NCBI RefSeq assembly: GCF_963921235.1
Contig: NC_086097.1
Span: 178,314,001-178,378,000, forward strand
Length of the DNA stretch: 64,000 bases
Direction: 5' to 3'
Source: Mobula hypostoma
Taxonomy: Eukaryota
The notes beneath the pieces were generated by a model, which saw only the letters and a program-made list of their open reading frames with translations, was not told the DNA's origin and searched no databases. The position numbers and the translations under genes are program-made. Shown piece after piece: positions 25,201-40,200 of the stretch (positions within the stretch are counted from its first letter, which is position 1; each line of letters begins with the position of its first letter).

Positions 25201-28200
25201 GAGGAGGGGATGGAGGGACGGAGACTCTCCCGAGGAGGGGATGGAGGGACGGAGACTCTCCCGAGGAGGGGATGGAGACGGAGACTCTCCCGAGGAGGGG
25301 ATGGAGGGAGAGACTCTCCCGAGGAGGGGATGGAGACGGAGACTCTCCCGAGGAGGGGATGGAGGGAGAGACTCTCCCGAGGAGGGGATGGAGACGGAGA
25401 CTCTCCCGAGGAGGGGATGGAGGGAGAGACTCTCCCGAGGAGGGGATGGAGACGGAGACTCTCCCGAGGAGGGGATGGAGACGGAGACTCTCCCGAGGAG
25501 GGGATGGAGACGGAGACTCTCCCGAGGAGGGGACGGAGACGGAGACTCTCCCGAGGAGGGGACGGAGACGGAGACTCTCCCGAGGAGGGGATGGAGACGG
25601 AGACTCTCCCGAGGAGGGGATGGAGGGAGAGACTCTCCCGAGGAGGGGATGGAGACGGAGACTCTCCCGAGGAGGGGATGGAGACGGAGACTCTCCCGAG
25701 GAGGGGATGGAGGGAGAGACTCTCCCGAGGAGAGGATGGAGACGGAGACTCTCCCGAGGAGGGGACGGAGGCGGAGACTCTCCCGAGGAGGGGACGGAGA
25801 CGGAGACTCTCCCGAGGAGGCGACGGTGGGATGGAGACTCTCCCGAGGAGGGTCGGAGACAGAGACTCTTCCGAGGAGGGGATGGAGGGACGCAGACTCT
25901 CCCGAGGAGGGGATGGAGGGAGAAACTCTCCCCGGGAGGGGATGGAGGGAGTGACTCTCCCGAGGAGGGGATGGAGACGGAGAATCTCCCGAGGAGGGGA
26001 TGGAGACGGAGACTCTCCCGAGGAGGGGATGGAGGGAGAGACTCTCCCGAGGAGGGGATGGAGACGGAGACTCTCCCGAGGAGGGGATGGAGGGAGAGAC
26101 TCTCCCGAGGAGGTGATGGAGACGGAGACTCTCCCGAGGAGGGGACGGAGACGGAGACTCTCCCGAGGAGGCGACGGAGGGAGAGATTCTCCCGAGGAGT
26201 GGATAGAGATAGAGATTCTCCCGAGGAGGGGATGGAGGGAGAGGCTCTCCCGAGGAGAGGATGGAGATGGAGACTCTCCCGAGGAGGGGACGGAGACGCA
26301 GACTCTCCCGAGGAGGGGATGGAGGGAGAGATTCTCCCGAGGAGGGGACGGAGACGGAGACTCTCCCGAGGAGGGGACGGAGGCGGTGACTCTCCCGAGG
26401 AGGGGACGGAGACAGAGACTCTCCCGAGGAGGGGATGGAGGGACGGAGACTCTCCCGAGGAGGGGATGGAGGGAGAGACTCTCCCGAGGAGGGGATGGAG
26501 ACGGAGACTCTCCCGAGGAGGGGATGGAGGGAGAGACTCTCCCGAGGAGGGGACGGAGACGGAGACTCTCCCGAGGAGGGGATGGAGGGAGAGACTCTCC
26601 CGAGGAGGGGATGGAGACGGAGACTCTCCCGAGGAGGGGATGGAGGCGGAGACTCTCCCGAGGAGGGGATGGAGACGGAGACTCTCCCGAGGAGGGGACG
26701 GAGACGGAGACTCTCCCGAGGAGGGGACGGAGGCGGAGACTCTCCCGAGGAGGGGACGGAGACGGAGACTCTCCCGAGGAGGCGACGGAGGGACGGAGAC
26801 TCTCCCGAGGAGGGGATGGAGTCAGAGACTCTCCCGAGGAGGGGATGGAGGGACGGAGACTCTCCCGAGGAGGGGACGGAGACAGGGACTCTCCCGAGGA
26901 GGGGATGGAGGGACGGAGACTCTCCCGAGGAGGGGATGGAGGGAGAGACTCTCCACAGGAGGGGATGGAGAGGGAGACTCTACCGAGGAGGGGATGGAGG
27001 GACGGAGACTCTCCCGAGGAGGGGATGGAGACGGAGACTCTCCCGAGGAGGGGATGGAGACGGAGACTCTCCCGAGGAGGGGATGGAGACAGAGACTCTC
27101 CCGAGGAGGGGATGGAGGGAGAGACTCTCCCGAGGAGGGGATGGAGACGGAGACTCTCCCGAGGAGGGGACGGAGGCGGAGACTCTCCCGAGGAGGGGAC
27201 GGAGACGGAGACTCTCCCGAGGAGGGGATGGAGGGAGAGACTCTCCCGAGGAGGGGATGGAGACGGAGACTCTCCCGAGGAGGGGACGGAGACGGAGACT
27301 CTCCCGAGGAGGGGATGGAGACGGAGACTCTCCCGAGGAGGGGATGGAGACGGAGACTCTCCCGAGGAGGGGATGGAGGGAGAGACTCTCCCGAGGAGGG
27401 GATGGAGACGGAGACTCTCCCGAGGAGGGGATGGAGGGAGAGACTCTCCCGAGGAGGGGATGGAGACGGAGACTCTCCCGAGGAGGGGATGGAGGGGGAG
27501 ACTCTCCTGAGGAGGGGATGGAGACGGAGACTCTCCCGAGGAGGGGATGGAGGGGGAGACTCTCCTGAGGAGGGGATGGAGACGGAGACTCTCCCGAGGA
27601 GGGGATGGAGGGGGAGACTCTCCCGAGGAGGGGATGGAGACGGAGACTCTCCCGAGGAGGGGATGGAGGGAGAGACTCTCCCGAGGAGGGGATGGAGACG
27701 GAGACTCTCCCGAGGAGGGGACGGAGACGGAGACTCTCCCGAGGAGGGGACGGAGGGAGAGACTCTCCCGAGGAGGGGACGGAGACGGAGACTCTCCCGA
27801 GGAGGCGACGGAGGGACGGAGACTCTCCCGAGGAGGGGACGGAGACAGAGACTCTCCCGAGGAGGGGATGGAGACAGAGACTCTCCCGAGGAGGGGACGG
27901 AGACGGAGACTCTCCCGAGGAGGGGATGGAGGGACGGAGACTCTCCCGAGGAGGGGATGGAGGGAGAGACTCTCCCGAGGAGGGGATGGAGGGAGAGACT
28001 CTCCCGAGGAGGGGATGGAGGGACGGAGACTCTCCCGAGGAGGCGACGGAGACGGAGACTCTCGTGAGGAGGGGATGGAGGGAGAGTCTCTCCCGAGGAG
28101 GGGATGGAGGGACGGTGACTCTCCCGAGGAGGGGATGGAGATGGAGACTCTCCCGAGGAGGGGATGGAGGGATGGAGACTCTCCCGAGGAGGGGACGGAG

Positions 28201-31200
28201 GGAGAGACTCTCCCGAGGAGGGGATGGAGGGACGGAGACTCTCTCGAGGAGGCGACGGAGACGGAGACTCTCGTGAGGAGGGGGTGGAGGGAGAGTCTCT
28301 CCCGAGGAGGGGATGGAGGGACGGAGACTCTCCCGAGGAGGGGATGGAGACGGAGACTCTCCCGAGGAGGGGATGGAGACAGAGACTCTCCCGAGGAGGG
28401 GATGGAGGGAGAGACTCTCCCGAGGAGGGGATGGAGACGGAGACTCTCCCGAGGAGGGGATGGAGGGAGAGACTCTCCCGAGGAGGGGATGGAGGGAGTG
28501 ACTCTCCCGAGGAGGGGATGGAGACGGAGACTCTCCCGAGGAGGGGACGGAGGGAGAGACTCTCCCGAGGAGGGGACGGAGATGGTGACTCTCCCGAGGA
28601 GGGGATGGAGGGAGAGACTCTCCCCGAGGAGGGGATGGAGGGCGTTATTCTCCCGAGTGGGGATGCAGACGGAGATTCTCCTGAGAACGAGACGGAGACA
28701 GAGACTCTCCCGAGGAGGGGATGGAGGGAGAGACTCTCCTCGAGGAGGGGATGGAGGGAGAGACTCTCCCGAGGAGGGGATGGAGACGGAGACTCTCCCG
28801 AGGAGGGGACGGAGACGGAGACTCTCCCGAGGAGGGGATGGAGGGAGAGACTCTCCCCGAGGAGGGGATGGAGGGAGAAACTCTCCCGAGGAGGGGATGG
28901 AGGGAGTGACTCTCCCGAGGAGGGGATGGAGACGGAGACTCTCCCGAGGAGGGGATGGAGGGAGTGACTCTCCCGAGGAGGGGATGGAGACGGAGACTCT
29001 CCCGAGGAGGGGATGGAGGGAGAGACTCTCCCGAGGAGGGGATGGAGACGGAGACTCTCCCGAGGAGGGGATGGAGGGAGAGACTCTCCCGAGGAGGGGA
29101 TGGAGACGGAGACTCCCTCGAGGAGTGGACGGAGGGAAAGACTCTCCTGAGGAGGGGACGGAGGGAGAGACTCTCCCTGGGAGGGGATGGAGGGACGGAG
29201 ACTCTCCCGAGGAGGCGACGGAGACGGAGACTCTCCCGAGGAGGGGATGGAAATTTAGACTCTACCGAGGAGGGGATGGAGGGAGAGACTCTCCCGAGGA
29301 GGGGATGGAGGGAGAGACTCTCCCGAGTAGGCGATGGAGACGGAGACTCTCCCGAGGAGGCGATGGAGACGGAGACTCTCCCGAGGAGGGGATGGAGGGA
29401 GTGATTCTCCCGAGGAGGGGATGGAGATAGAGATTCACCCGAGGAGGGTTTCGAGGAAGTGACTCTCCCGAGGAGGAGTTGGAGACAGAGACTGTCCCCA
29501 AGGAGGGGACCGAGGGAGTGACTCTCCCAAGGAGGGGATGGAGACGGAGACTCTCCCGAGGAGGGGATGGAGGGAGAGACTCTCCCGAGGAGGGGATGGA
29601 GACGGAGACTCTCCCGAGGAGTGGACGGAGGGAAAGACTCTCCTGAGGAGGGGACGGAGGGAGAGACTCTCCCTGGGAGGGGATGGAGGGACGGAGACTC
29701 TCCCGAGGAGGCGACGGAGACGGAGACTCTCCCGAGGAGGGGATGGAGATTTAGACTCTCCCGAGGAGGGGATGGAGGGAGAGACTCTCCCGAGGAGGGG
29801 ATGGAGGGAGAGACTCTCCCGAGGAGGGGATGGAGACGGAGACTCTCCCGAGGAGGCGATGGAGACGGAGACTCTCCCGAGGAGGGGATGGAGGGAGTGA
29901 TTCTCCCGAGGAGGGGATGGAGATAGAGATTCACCCGAGGAGGGTTTCGAGGAAGTGACTCTCCCGAGGAGGAGTTGGAGACAGAGACTGTCCCCAAGGA
30001 GGGGACTGAGGGAGTGACTCTCCCAAGGAGGGGATGGAGACGGAGATTCTCCCGAGGAGGGGATGGAGGGAGTGACTCTCCCGAGGAGGGGATGGAGACG
30101 GAGACTCTCCCGAGGAGGGGATGGAGGGAGAGACTCTCCCGAGGAGGGGATGGAGACGGAGACTCTCCCGAGGAGGGGATGGAGACGGAGACTCTCCCGA
30201 GGAGGGGATGGAGGGACGGAGACTCCCCCGAGGAGTGGACGGAGGGAAAGACTCTCCTGAGGAGGGGACGGAGGGAGAGACTCTCCCTGGGAGGGTATGG
30301 AGGGACGGAGACTCTCCCTAGGAGGCGACGGAGACTCTCGTGAGGAGGGGATGGAGGGAGTGTCTCTCCCGAGGAGGGGATGGAGACGTAGAATCTCCCG
30401 AGGAGTGGATGGAGACGGAGACTCTCCCGAGGAGGGGATGGAGGGAGAAACTCTCCCGAGGAGGGGATGGAGGGAGAGACTCTCCCGAGGAGGGGATGGA
30501 GACGGAGACTCTCCCGAGGAGGGGATGGAGAAGGAGACTCTCCCGAGGAGGGGATGGAGGGAGAGACTCTCCCGAGGAGGGGATGGAGGGAGAGACTCTC
30601 CCGAGGAGGGGATGGAGACGGAGAATCTCCCGAGGATGGGATGGAGAAGGAGACTCTCCCGAGGAGGGGATGGAGGGAGTGACTCTCCCGAGGAGGGGAT
30701 GGGAGGGGAGACTCTCCCGAGGAGGGGATGGAGACGGAGACTCTCCCGAGGAGGGGATGGAGGGAGAGACTCTCCCGAGGAGGGGATGGAGACGGAGACT
30801 CTCCCGAGGAGGGGACGGAGACGGAGACTCTCCCGAGGAGGCGACGGAGGGAGAGACTCTCCCGAGGAGGGGACGGAGACGGAGACTCTCCCGAGGAGGG
30901 GACGGAGGCGGTGACTCTCCCGAGGAGGGGACGGAGACAGAGACTCTCCCGAGGAGGTGACAGAGGGACGGAGACTCTCCCGAGGAGGGGACGGAGACAG
31001 AGACTCTCCCGAGGAGGGGATGGAGGGACGGAGACTCTCCCGAGGAGGGGATGGAGACGGAGACTCTCCCGAGGAGGGGATGGAGACGGAGACTCTCCCG
31101 AGGAGGGGACGGAGACGGAGACTCTCCCGAGGAGGGGATGGAGGGAGAGACTCTCCCGAGGAGGGGATGGAGACGGAGACTCTCCCGAGGAGGGGATGGA

Positions 31201-34200
31201 GACGGAGACTCTCCCGAGGAGGGGATGGAGACGGAGACTCTCCCGAGGAGGGGATGGAGACGGAGACTCTCCCGAGGAGGGGATGGAGACGGAGACTCTC
31301 CCGAGGAGGGGACGGAGACGGAGACTCATCCGAGGAGGGGATGGAGACGGAGACTCTCCCGAGGAGGGGATGGAGGGAGAGACTCTCCCGAGGAGGAGAT
31401 GGAGACGGAGACTCTCCCGAGGAGGGGATGGAGACGGAGACTCTCCCGAGGAGGGGATGGAGGGAGAGACTCTCCCGAGGAGAGGACGGAGACAGAGACT
31501 CTCCCGAGGAGGGGACGGAGACTGAGACTCTCCCGAGGAGGGGATGGAGACGGAGATTCTCCCGAGGACGGGATGGAGGGAGAGACTACCCCAGGAGGGG
31601 ATGGAGACGGAGACTCTCCCGAGGATGGGACGGAGACGGAGACTCTCCCGAGAATGGGACGGAGACTCTCCCGAGGAGGTGACGGAGGGACGGAGAATCT
31701 CCCGAGGATGGAATGGAGGTAGAGATTCTCCCGAGGAGGGGACGGAGACTGAGACTCTCCCGAGGAGGTGACAGAGGGACGGAGACTCTCCCGAGGAGGG
31801 GACGGAGACAGAGAATCTCCCGAGGAGGCGATGGAGACGGAGACTCTCCCGAGGAGGGGACGGAGACGGAGACTCTCCCGAGGAGGCGCTGGAGGGAGAG
31901 ACTCTCCCGAGGAGGGTATGGAGATGGAGACTCTCCCGAGGAGGGGACAGAGACAGAGTCTCTCCCGAGGGGGATGGAGACGGAGACTCATCCGAGGAGG
32001 GGATGGAGACGGAGACTCTCCCGAGGAGGGGATGGAGACGGAGACTCTCCCGAGGAGGGGACGGAGACGGAGACTCATCCGAGGAGGGGATGGAGACGGA
32101 GACTCTCCCGAGGAGGGGATGGAGGGAGAGACTCTCCCGAGGAGGGGATGGAGACGGAGACTCTCCCGAGGAGGGGATGGAGACGGAGACTCTCCCGAGG
32201 ACGGGATGGAGGGAGAGACTCTCCCCAGGAGGGGATGGAGACGGAGACTCTCCCGAGGATGGGACGGTGACGGATACGCTCCCGAGAATGGGACGGAGAC
32301 TCTCCCGAGGAGGCGACGGAGGGACGGAGACTCTCCCGAGGAGGGGATGGAGGGAGAGACTCTCCCGAGGAGGGGACGGAGACGGAGACTCTCCCGAGGA
32401 GGCGATGGAGGGATGGAGACTCTCCCGAGGAAGGGACGGAGACAGAGAATCTCCCGAGGAGGGGATGGAGGGACAGAGACTCTCCCGAGGAGGGGATGGA
32501 GGGAGAAACTCTCCGGAGGAGGGGATGGAGGGAGTGACTCTCCCGAGGAGGGGATGGATTGAGAAACTCTACCGAGGAGGGGACCGAGACGGAGACTCTC
32601 CCGAGGAGGGGACGGAGACGGAGACTCTCCTGAGGAGGGGATGGAGGGAGTGACTCTCCCGAGGAGGGGATGGATATGGAGACTCTCCCGAGGAGCGGAT
32701 GGAGGGAGTGACTCTCCCGAGGAGGGGAAGGGAGGGGAGTCTCTCCCGAGGAGGGGATGGAGGAATGGAGACTCTCCCGAGGAGGGGATGGAGGGAGAGA
32801 CTCTCCCGAGGAGAGGATGGAGACGGAGACTCTCCCGAGGAGGGGACGGAGACGGAGACTCTCCCTAGGAGGCGACGGAGGGACTGAGACTCTCCCGAAG
32901 AGGGGACGGAGACAGCGACTCACCCGAGGAGACGACGGAGGGACGGAGACTCTCCCGAGGAGGAGACGGAGACTCATCCTAGGAGGGGATGGAGACGGAG
33001 TCTCTCTTGAGGAGGGGATGGAGGGAGAGAGTCTCCTGAGGAGGGGACGGAGACGGAGACTCTCCCTAGGAGGGGATGGAGGGAGACGCTCTTCCGAGGA
33101 GGAGATGGAGACGGAGACTCTCCCGAGGAGGGGATGGAGGGGGAGACTCTCCTGAGGAGGGGATGGAGACGGAGACTCTCCCGAGGAGGGGATGGAGACG
33201 GAGACTCTCCCGAGGAGGGGATGGAGGGAGTGACTCTCCCGAGGAGGGGATGGAGACGGAGACTCTCCCGAGGAGGGGATGGAGGGAGTGACTCTCCCGA
33301 GGAGGGGATGGAGACGGAGACTCTCCCGAGGAGGGGATGGAGGGAGAGACTCTCCCGAGGAGGGGATGGAGACGGAGACTCTCCCGAGGAGGCGACGGAG
33401 GGACGGAGACTCTCCCTAGGAGGGAATGGAGGGAGTGACTCTCCCGAGGAGGGGACGGAGACGGAGACTCTCCCGAGGAGGCGACGGAGGGACGGAGACT
33501 CTCCCGAGGAGGGGATGGAGGGAGAGACTCTCCCGAGGAGGGGATGGAGACGGAGACTCTCCCGAGGAGGTAACGGAGGGACGGAGACTCTCCCGAGGAG
33601 GGGACGGAGACGGAGACTCTCCCGAGGAGGGGATGGAGGGAAAGACTCTCCCGAGGAGGGGACGGAGACAGGGACTCTACCGAGGAGGGGATGGAGAGAC
33701 GGAGACTCTCCCGAGGAGGGGATGGAGACAGAGACTCTCCCGAGGAGGGGATGGAGGGAGAGACTCTCCCGAGGAGGGGATGGAGACGGAGACTCTCCCG
33801 AGGAGGGGATGGAGACGGAGACTCTCCCGAGGAGGGGACGGAGACGGAGACTCTCCCGAGGAGGCGCTGGAGGGAGAGACTCTCCCGAGGAGGGGATGGA
33901 GACGGAGACTCTCCCGAGGAGGGGATGGAGACGGAGTCTCTCCCGAGGAGGGATGGAGACGGAGACTCATCCGAGGAGGGGACGGACACGGAGACTCTCC
34001 CGAGGAGAGGATGGAGACGGAGACTCTCCCGAGGAGGGGACGGAGACGGAGACTTATCTGAGGAGGGGATGGAGACGGAGACTCTCCCGAGGAGGGGATG
34101 GAGGGAGAGACTCTCCCGAGGAGGGGATGGAGACGGAGACTCTCCCGAGGAGGGGATGGAGACGGAGACTCTCCCGAGGAGGGGATGGAGGGAGAGACTC

Positions 34201-37200
34201 TCCCGAGGAGGGGATGGAGACGGAGACTCTCCCGAGGAGGGGACGGAGACGGAGACTCTCCCGAGGAGGGGATGGAGACGGAGATTCTCCCGAGGACGGG
34301 ATGGAGGGAGAGACTTCCCCAGGAGGGGATGGAGACGGAGATTCTCCCGAGGATGGGACGGTGACGGATACGCTCCCGAGAATGGGACGGAGACTCTCCC
34401 GAGGAGGGGACGGAGACGGAGACTCTCCCGAGGAGGGGATGGAGGGAGAGACTCTCCCGAGGAGGGGACGGAGACGGAGACTCTCCCGAGGAGGTGACAG
34501 AGGGACGGAGACTCTCCCGAGGAGGGGACGGAGACAGAGAATCTCCCGAGGAGGGGATGGAGACGGAGACTCTCCCGAGGAGGGGACGGAGACGGAGACT
34601 CTCCCGAGGAGGCGATGGAGGGAGAGACTCTCCCGAGGAGGGGATGGAGACGGAGACTCTCCCGAGGAGGGGATGGAGACAGAGACTCTCCCGAGGAGGG
34701 GATGGAGACGGAGACTCTCCCGAGGAGGGGATGGAGACGGAGACTCTCCCGAGGAGGGGATGGAGACGGAGACTCTCCCGAGGAGGGGACGGAGACGGAG
34801 ACTCTCCCGAGGAGGGGATGGAGACGGAGACTCTCCCGAGGAGGGGATGGAGGGAGAGACTCTCCCGAGGAGGGGATGGAGACGGAGACTCTCCCGAGGA
34901 GGGGATGGAGACGGAGACTCTCCCGAGGACGGGATGGAGGGAGAGACTACCCCAGGAGGGGATGGAGATGGAGACTCTCCCGAGGATGGGACGGAGATGG
35001 AGACTCTCCCGAGAATGGGACGGAGACTCTCCCGAGGAGGCGACGGAGGGACGGAGAATCTCCCGAGGATGGAATGGAGACAGAGAATCTCCCGAGGAGT
35101 GGACGGAGACTGAGACTCTCCCGAGGAGGTGATGGAGGGACGGAGACTCTCCCGAGGAAGGGACGGAGACAGAGAATCTCTCGAGGAGGGGATAGAGGGA
35201 CAGAGACTCTCCCGAGGAGGGGATGGAGGGAGAAACTCTCCGGAGGAGGGGATGGAGAGAGTGACTCTCCCGAGGAGGGGATGGATTGAGAAACTCTACC
35301 GAGGAGGGGACCGAGACGGAGACTCTCCCGAGGAGGGGACGGAGGCGGAGACTCTCCCGAGGAGGGGATGGAGGGAGTGACTCTCCCGAGGAGGGGATGG
35401 AGACGGAGACTCTCCCGAGGAGGGGATGGAGGGAGTGACTCTCCCGAGGAGGGGAAGGGAGGGGAGTCTCTCCCGAGGAGGGGATGGAGGAATGGAGATG
35501 GTCCCAAGGAGGGGATGCAGGGAGTGACTCTCCCGAGGAGAGGATGGAGACGGAGACTCTCCCGAGGAGGGGACGGAGACGGAGACTCTCCCGAGGAGGC
35601 GACGGTGGGACGGACACTCTCCCGAGGAGGGGACGGAGACGGAGACTCTCCCGAGGAGGCGACGGTGGGATGGAGACTCTCCCGAGGAGGGGAGACGGAG
35701 ACTCTCCTAGGAGGGGATGGAGACGGAGTCTCTCTTGAGGAGGGGATGGAGGGAGAGAGTCTCCTGAGGAGGGGACGGAGACGGAGACTCTCCCTAGGAG
35801 GGGATGGAGGGAGAGACTCTTCCGAGGAGGAGATGGAGACGGAGACTCTCCCGAGGAGGGGATGGAGGGGGAGACTCTCCTGAGGAGGGGATGGAGACGG
35901 AGACTCTCCCGAGGAGGGGATGGAGACGGAGACTCTCCCCAAGGAGGGGACCGAGGGAGTGACTCTCCCAAGGAGGGGATGGAGACGGAGATTCTCCCGA
36001 GGAGGGGATGGAGGGAGAGACTCTCCCGAGGAGGGGATGGAGACGGAGACTCTCCCGAGGAGGGGACGGAGGGACGGAGACTCTCCCGAGGAGGGGATGG
36101 AGGGAGTGACTCTCCCGAGGAGGGGATGGAGACGGAGACTCTCCCGAGGAGGGGACGGAGACGGAGACTCTCCCGAGGAGGCGACGGAGGGACGGAGACT
36201 CTCCCGAAGAGGGGATGGAGACGGAGACTCTCCCGAGGAGGGGATGGAGGGACGGAGACTCTCCCGAGGAGGAGACGGAGACTCTCCCGAGGAGGGGATG
36301 GAGACGGAGACTCTCCCGAGGAGGGGATGGAGGGAGAGACTCTCCCGAGGAGGGGACGGAGACGGAGACTCTCCCGAGGAGGGGATGGAGGGAGAGACTC
36401 TTCCGAGGAGGAGATGGAGACGGAGACTCTCCCGAGGAGGGGATGGAGGGAGAGACTCTCCCGAGGAGGGGATGGAGACGGAGACTCTCCCGAGGAGGGG
36501 ATGGAGACGGAGACTCTCCCGAGGAGGGGATGGAGGGAGTGACTCTCCCGAGGAGGAGTTGGAGACGGAGACTCTCCCCAAGGAGGGGACCGAGGGAGTG
36601 ACTCTCCCAAGGAGGGGATGGAGACGGAGATTCTCCCGAGGAGGGGATGGAGGGAGAGACTCTCCCGAGGAGGGGATGGAGACGGAGACTCTCCCGAGGA
36701 GGCGACGGAGGGACGGAGACTCTCCCGAGGAGGGGATGGAGGGAGAGACTCTCCCGAGGAGGGGACGGAGACGGAGACTCTCCCGAGGAGGCGACGGAGG
36801 GACGGAGACTCTCCCGAGGAGGGGATGGAGGGAGAGATTCTCCCGAGGAGGGGACGGAGACGGAGACTCTCCCGAGGAGGCGACGGAGGGACGGAGACTC
36901 TCCCGAGGAGGGGACGGAGACAGAGACTCTCCCGAGGAGGGGATGGAGGGAGAGACTCTCCCGAGGAGGGGATGGAGACGGAGACTCTCCCGAGGAGGGG
37001 ATGGAGACGGAGACTCTCCCGAGGAGGGGATGGAGGGACGGAGACTCTCCCGAGGAGTGGACGGAGGGAGAGACTCTCCTGAGGAGGGGACGGAGGGAGA
37101 GACTCTCCCTGGGAGGGGATGGAGGGTCGGAGACTCTCCCGAGGAGGCGACGGAGACGGAGACTCTCCCGAGGAGGGGATGGAGACGGAGACTCTCCCGA

Positions 37201-40200
37201 GGAGGGGATGGAGGGAGAGACTCTCCCGAGGAGGGGATGGAGGGGAGACTCTCCCGAGGAGGGGATGGAGACGGAGACTCTCCCGAGGAGGGGATGGAGG
37301 GAGTGACTCTCCCGAGGAGGGGATGGAGGGGGAGACTCTCCCGAGGAGGGGATGGAGACGGAGACTCTCCCGAGGAGGGGATGGAGGGAGTGACTCTCCC
37401 GAGGAGGGGATGGAGACGGAGACTCTCCCGAGGAGGGGATGGAGGGAGAGACTCTCCCGAGGAGGGGATGGAGGGAGAGACTCTCCCGAGGAGGGGATGG
37501 AGGGAGAGACTCTCCCGAGGAGGGGATGGAGGGAGTGACTCTCCCGAGGAGGGGATGGAGACGGAGACTCTCCCGAGGAGGGGACGGAGGGAGTGACTCT
37601 CCCGAGGAGGGGACGGAGACGGAGACTCTCCCGAGGAGGGGATGGAGGGAGAGACTCTCCCGAGGAGGGGATGGAGACGGAGACTCTCCCGAGGAGGGGA
37701 CGGAGGCGGAGACTCTCCCGAGGAGGGGATGGAGGGAGAGACTCTCCCGAGGAGGGGACGGAGACGGAGACTCTCCCGAGGAGGCGACGGAGGGACGGAG
37801 ACTCTCCCGAGGAGGGGACGGAGACAGAGACTCTCCCGAGGAGGGGATGGAGGGAGAGACTCTCCCGAGGAGGGGATGGAGACGGAGACTCTCCCGAGGA
37901 GGGGATTGAGACGGAGACTCTCCCGAGGAGGGGATGGAGGGACGGAGACTCTCCCGAGGAGGGGACGGAGGGAGAGACTCTCCCGAGGAGGGGACGGAGG
38001 GAGGAGACTCTCCCGAGGAGGGGATGGAGGCGGAGACTCTCCCGAGGAGGCGACGGAGACGGAGACTCTCCCGGGGAGGGGATGGAGACGGAGACTCTCA
38101 CAAGGAGGGGTTGGAGTCAGAGACTCTCCCGAGGAGGGGAAAGGAGGGGAGACTGTCCCGAGGAGGGGATGCAGGGAGTGACTCTCCCGAGGAGGGGATG
38201 GAGATGGAGACTCTCCCGAGGAGGGGATGGAGGGAGAGACTCTCCCGAGGAGGGGATGGAGGGAGAGACTCTCCCGAGGAGGGGATGGAGGGAGAGACTC
38301 TCCCGAGGAGGGGATGGAGGGAGTGACTCTCCCGAGGAGGGGATGGAGACGGAGACTCTCCCGAGGAGGGGACGGAGGGAGTGACTCTCCCGAGGAGGGG
38401 ACGGAGACGGAGACTCTCCCGAGGAGGGGATGGAGGGAGAGACTCTCCCCGAGGAGGGGATGGAGGGAGAGACTCTCCCGAGGAGGGGATGGAGGGAGAG
38501 ACTCTCCCGAGGAGGGGATGGAGACGGAGACTCTCCCGAGGAGGGGATGGAGACGGAGACTCTCCCGAGGAGGGGATGGAGGGAGAGACTCTCCCGAGGA
38601 GGGGATGGAGGGAGAGACTCTCCCGAGGAGGGGATGGAGACGGAGACTCTCCCGAGGAGGGGATGGAGACGGAGACTCTCCCGAGGAGGGGATGGAGGGA
38701 GAGACTCTCCCGAGGAGGGGATGGGAGGGGGAGACTCTCCCGAGGAGGGGATGGAGACGGAGACTCTCCCGAGGAGGGGATGGAGGGAGAGACTCTCCCG
38801 AGGAGGGGATGGAGACGGAGACTCTCCCGAGGAGGGGACGGAGACGGAGACTCTCCCGAGGAGGGGACGGAGACGGAGACTCTCCCGAGGAGGCGACGGA
38901 GGGAGAGACTCTCCCGAGGAGGGGACGGAGACGGAGACTCTCCCGAGGAGGGGACGGAGGCGGAGACTCTCCCGAGGAGGGGACGGAGACAGAGACTCTC
39001 CCGAGGAGGGGACAGAGGGACGGAGACTCTCCCGAGGAGGGGACGGAGACAGAGACTCTCCCGAGGAGGGGATGGAGGGACGGAGACTCTCCCGAGGAGG
39101 GGATGGAGGGAGAAACTCTCCCGAGGAGGGGATGGAGACGGAGACTCTCCCGAGGAGGGGATGGAGACGGAGACTCTCCCGAGGAGGGGACGGAGACGGA
39201 GACTCTCCCGAGGAGGCGATGGAGGGAGAGACTCTCCCGAGGAGGGGATGGAGACGGAGACTCTCCCGAGCAGGGGACAGAGACGGAGTCTCTACCGAGG
39301 AGGGGATGGAGACGGAGACTCTCCCGAGGAGGGGACGGAGGCGGAGACTCTCCCGAGGAGGGGACGGAGACAGAGACTCTCCCGAGGAGGTGACGGAGGG
39401 ACGGAGACTCTCCCGAGGAGGGGACGGAGACAGAGACTCTCCCGAGGAGGGGATGGAGGGACGGAGACTCTCCCGAGGAGGGGATGGAGGGAGAAACTCT
39501 CCCGAGGAGGGGATGGAGGGAGTGGCTCTCCCGAGGAGGGGATGGAGACGTAGAATCTCCCGAGGAGGGGATGGAGACGGAGACTCTCCCGAGGAGGGGA
39601 CGGAGACGGAGACTCTCCCGAGGAGGGGATGGAGGGAGAGACTCTCCCGAGGAGGGGATGGAGATGGAGACTCTCCCGAGGAGGGGACAGAGACGGAGTC
39701 TCTCCCGAGGGGGATGGAGACGGAGACTCATCCGAGGAGGGGATGGAGACGGAGACTCTCCCGAGGAGGGGATGGAGACGGAGACTCTCCCGAGGAGGGG
39801 ACGGAGACGGAGACTCTCCCGAGGAGGGGATGGAGACGGAGACTCTCCCGAGGAGGGGATGGAGGGAGAGACTCTCCCGAGGAGGGGATGGAGACGGAGA
39901 CTCTCCCGAGGAGGGGATGGAGGGAGAGACTCTCCCGAGGAGAGGACGGAGACAGAGACTCTCCCGAGGAGGGGACGGAGACTGAGACTCTCCCGAGGAG
40001 GGGATGGAGACGGAGATTCTCCCGAGGACGGGATGGAGGGAGAGACTTCCCCAGGAGGGGATGGAGACGGAGACTCTCCCGAGGATGGGACGGTGACGGA
40101 TACGCTCCCGAGAATGGGACGGAGACTCTCCCGAGGAGGCGACGGAGGGACGGAGACTCTCCCGAGGAGGGGACGGAGACAGAGAATCTACCGAGGAGGG

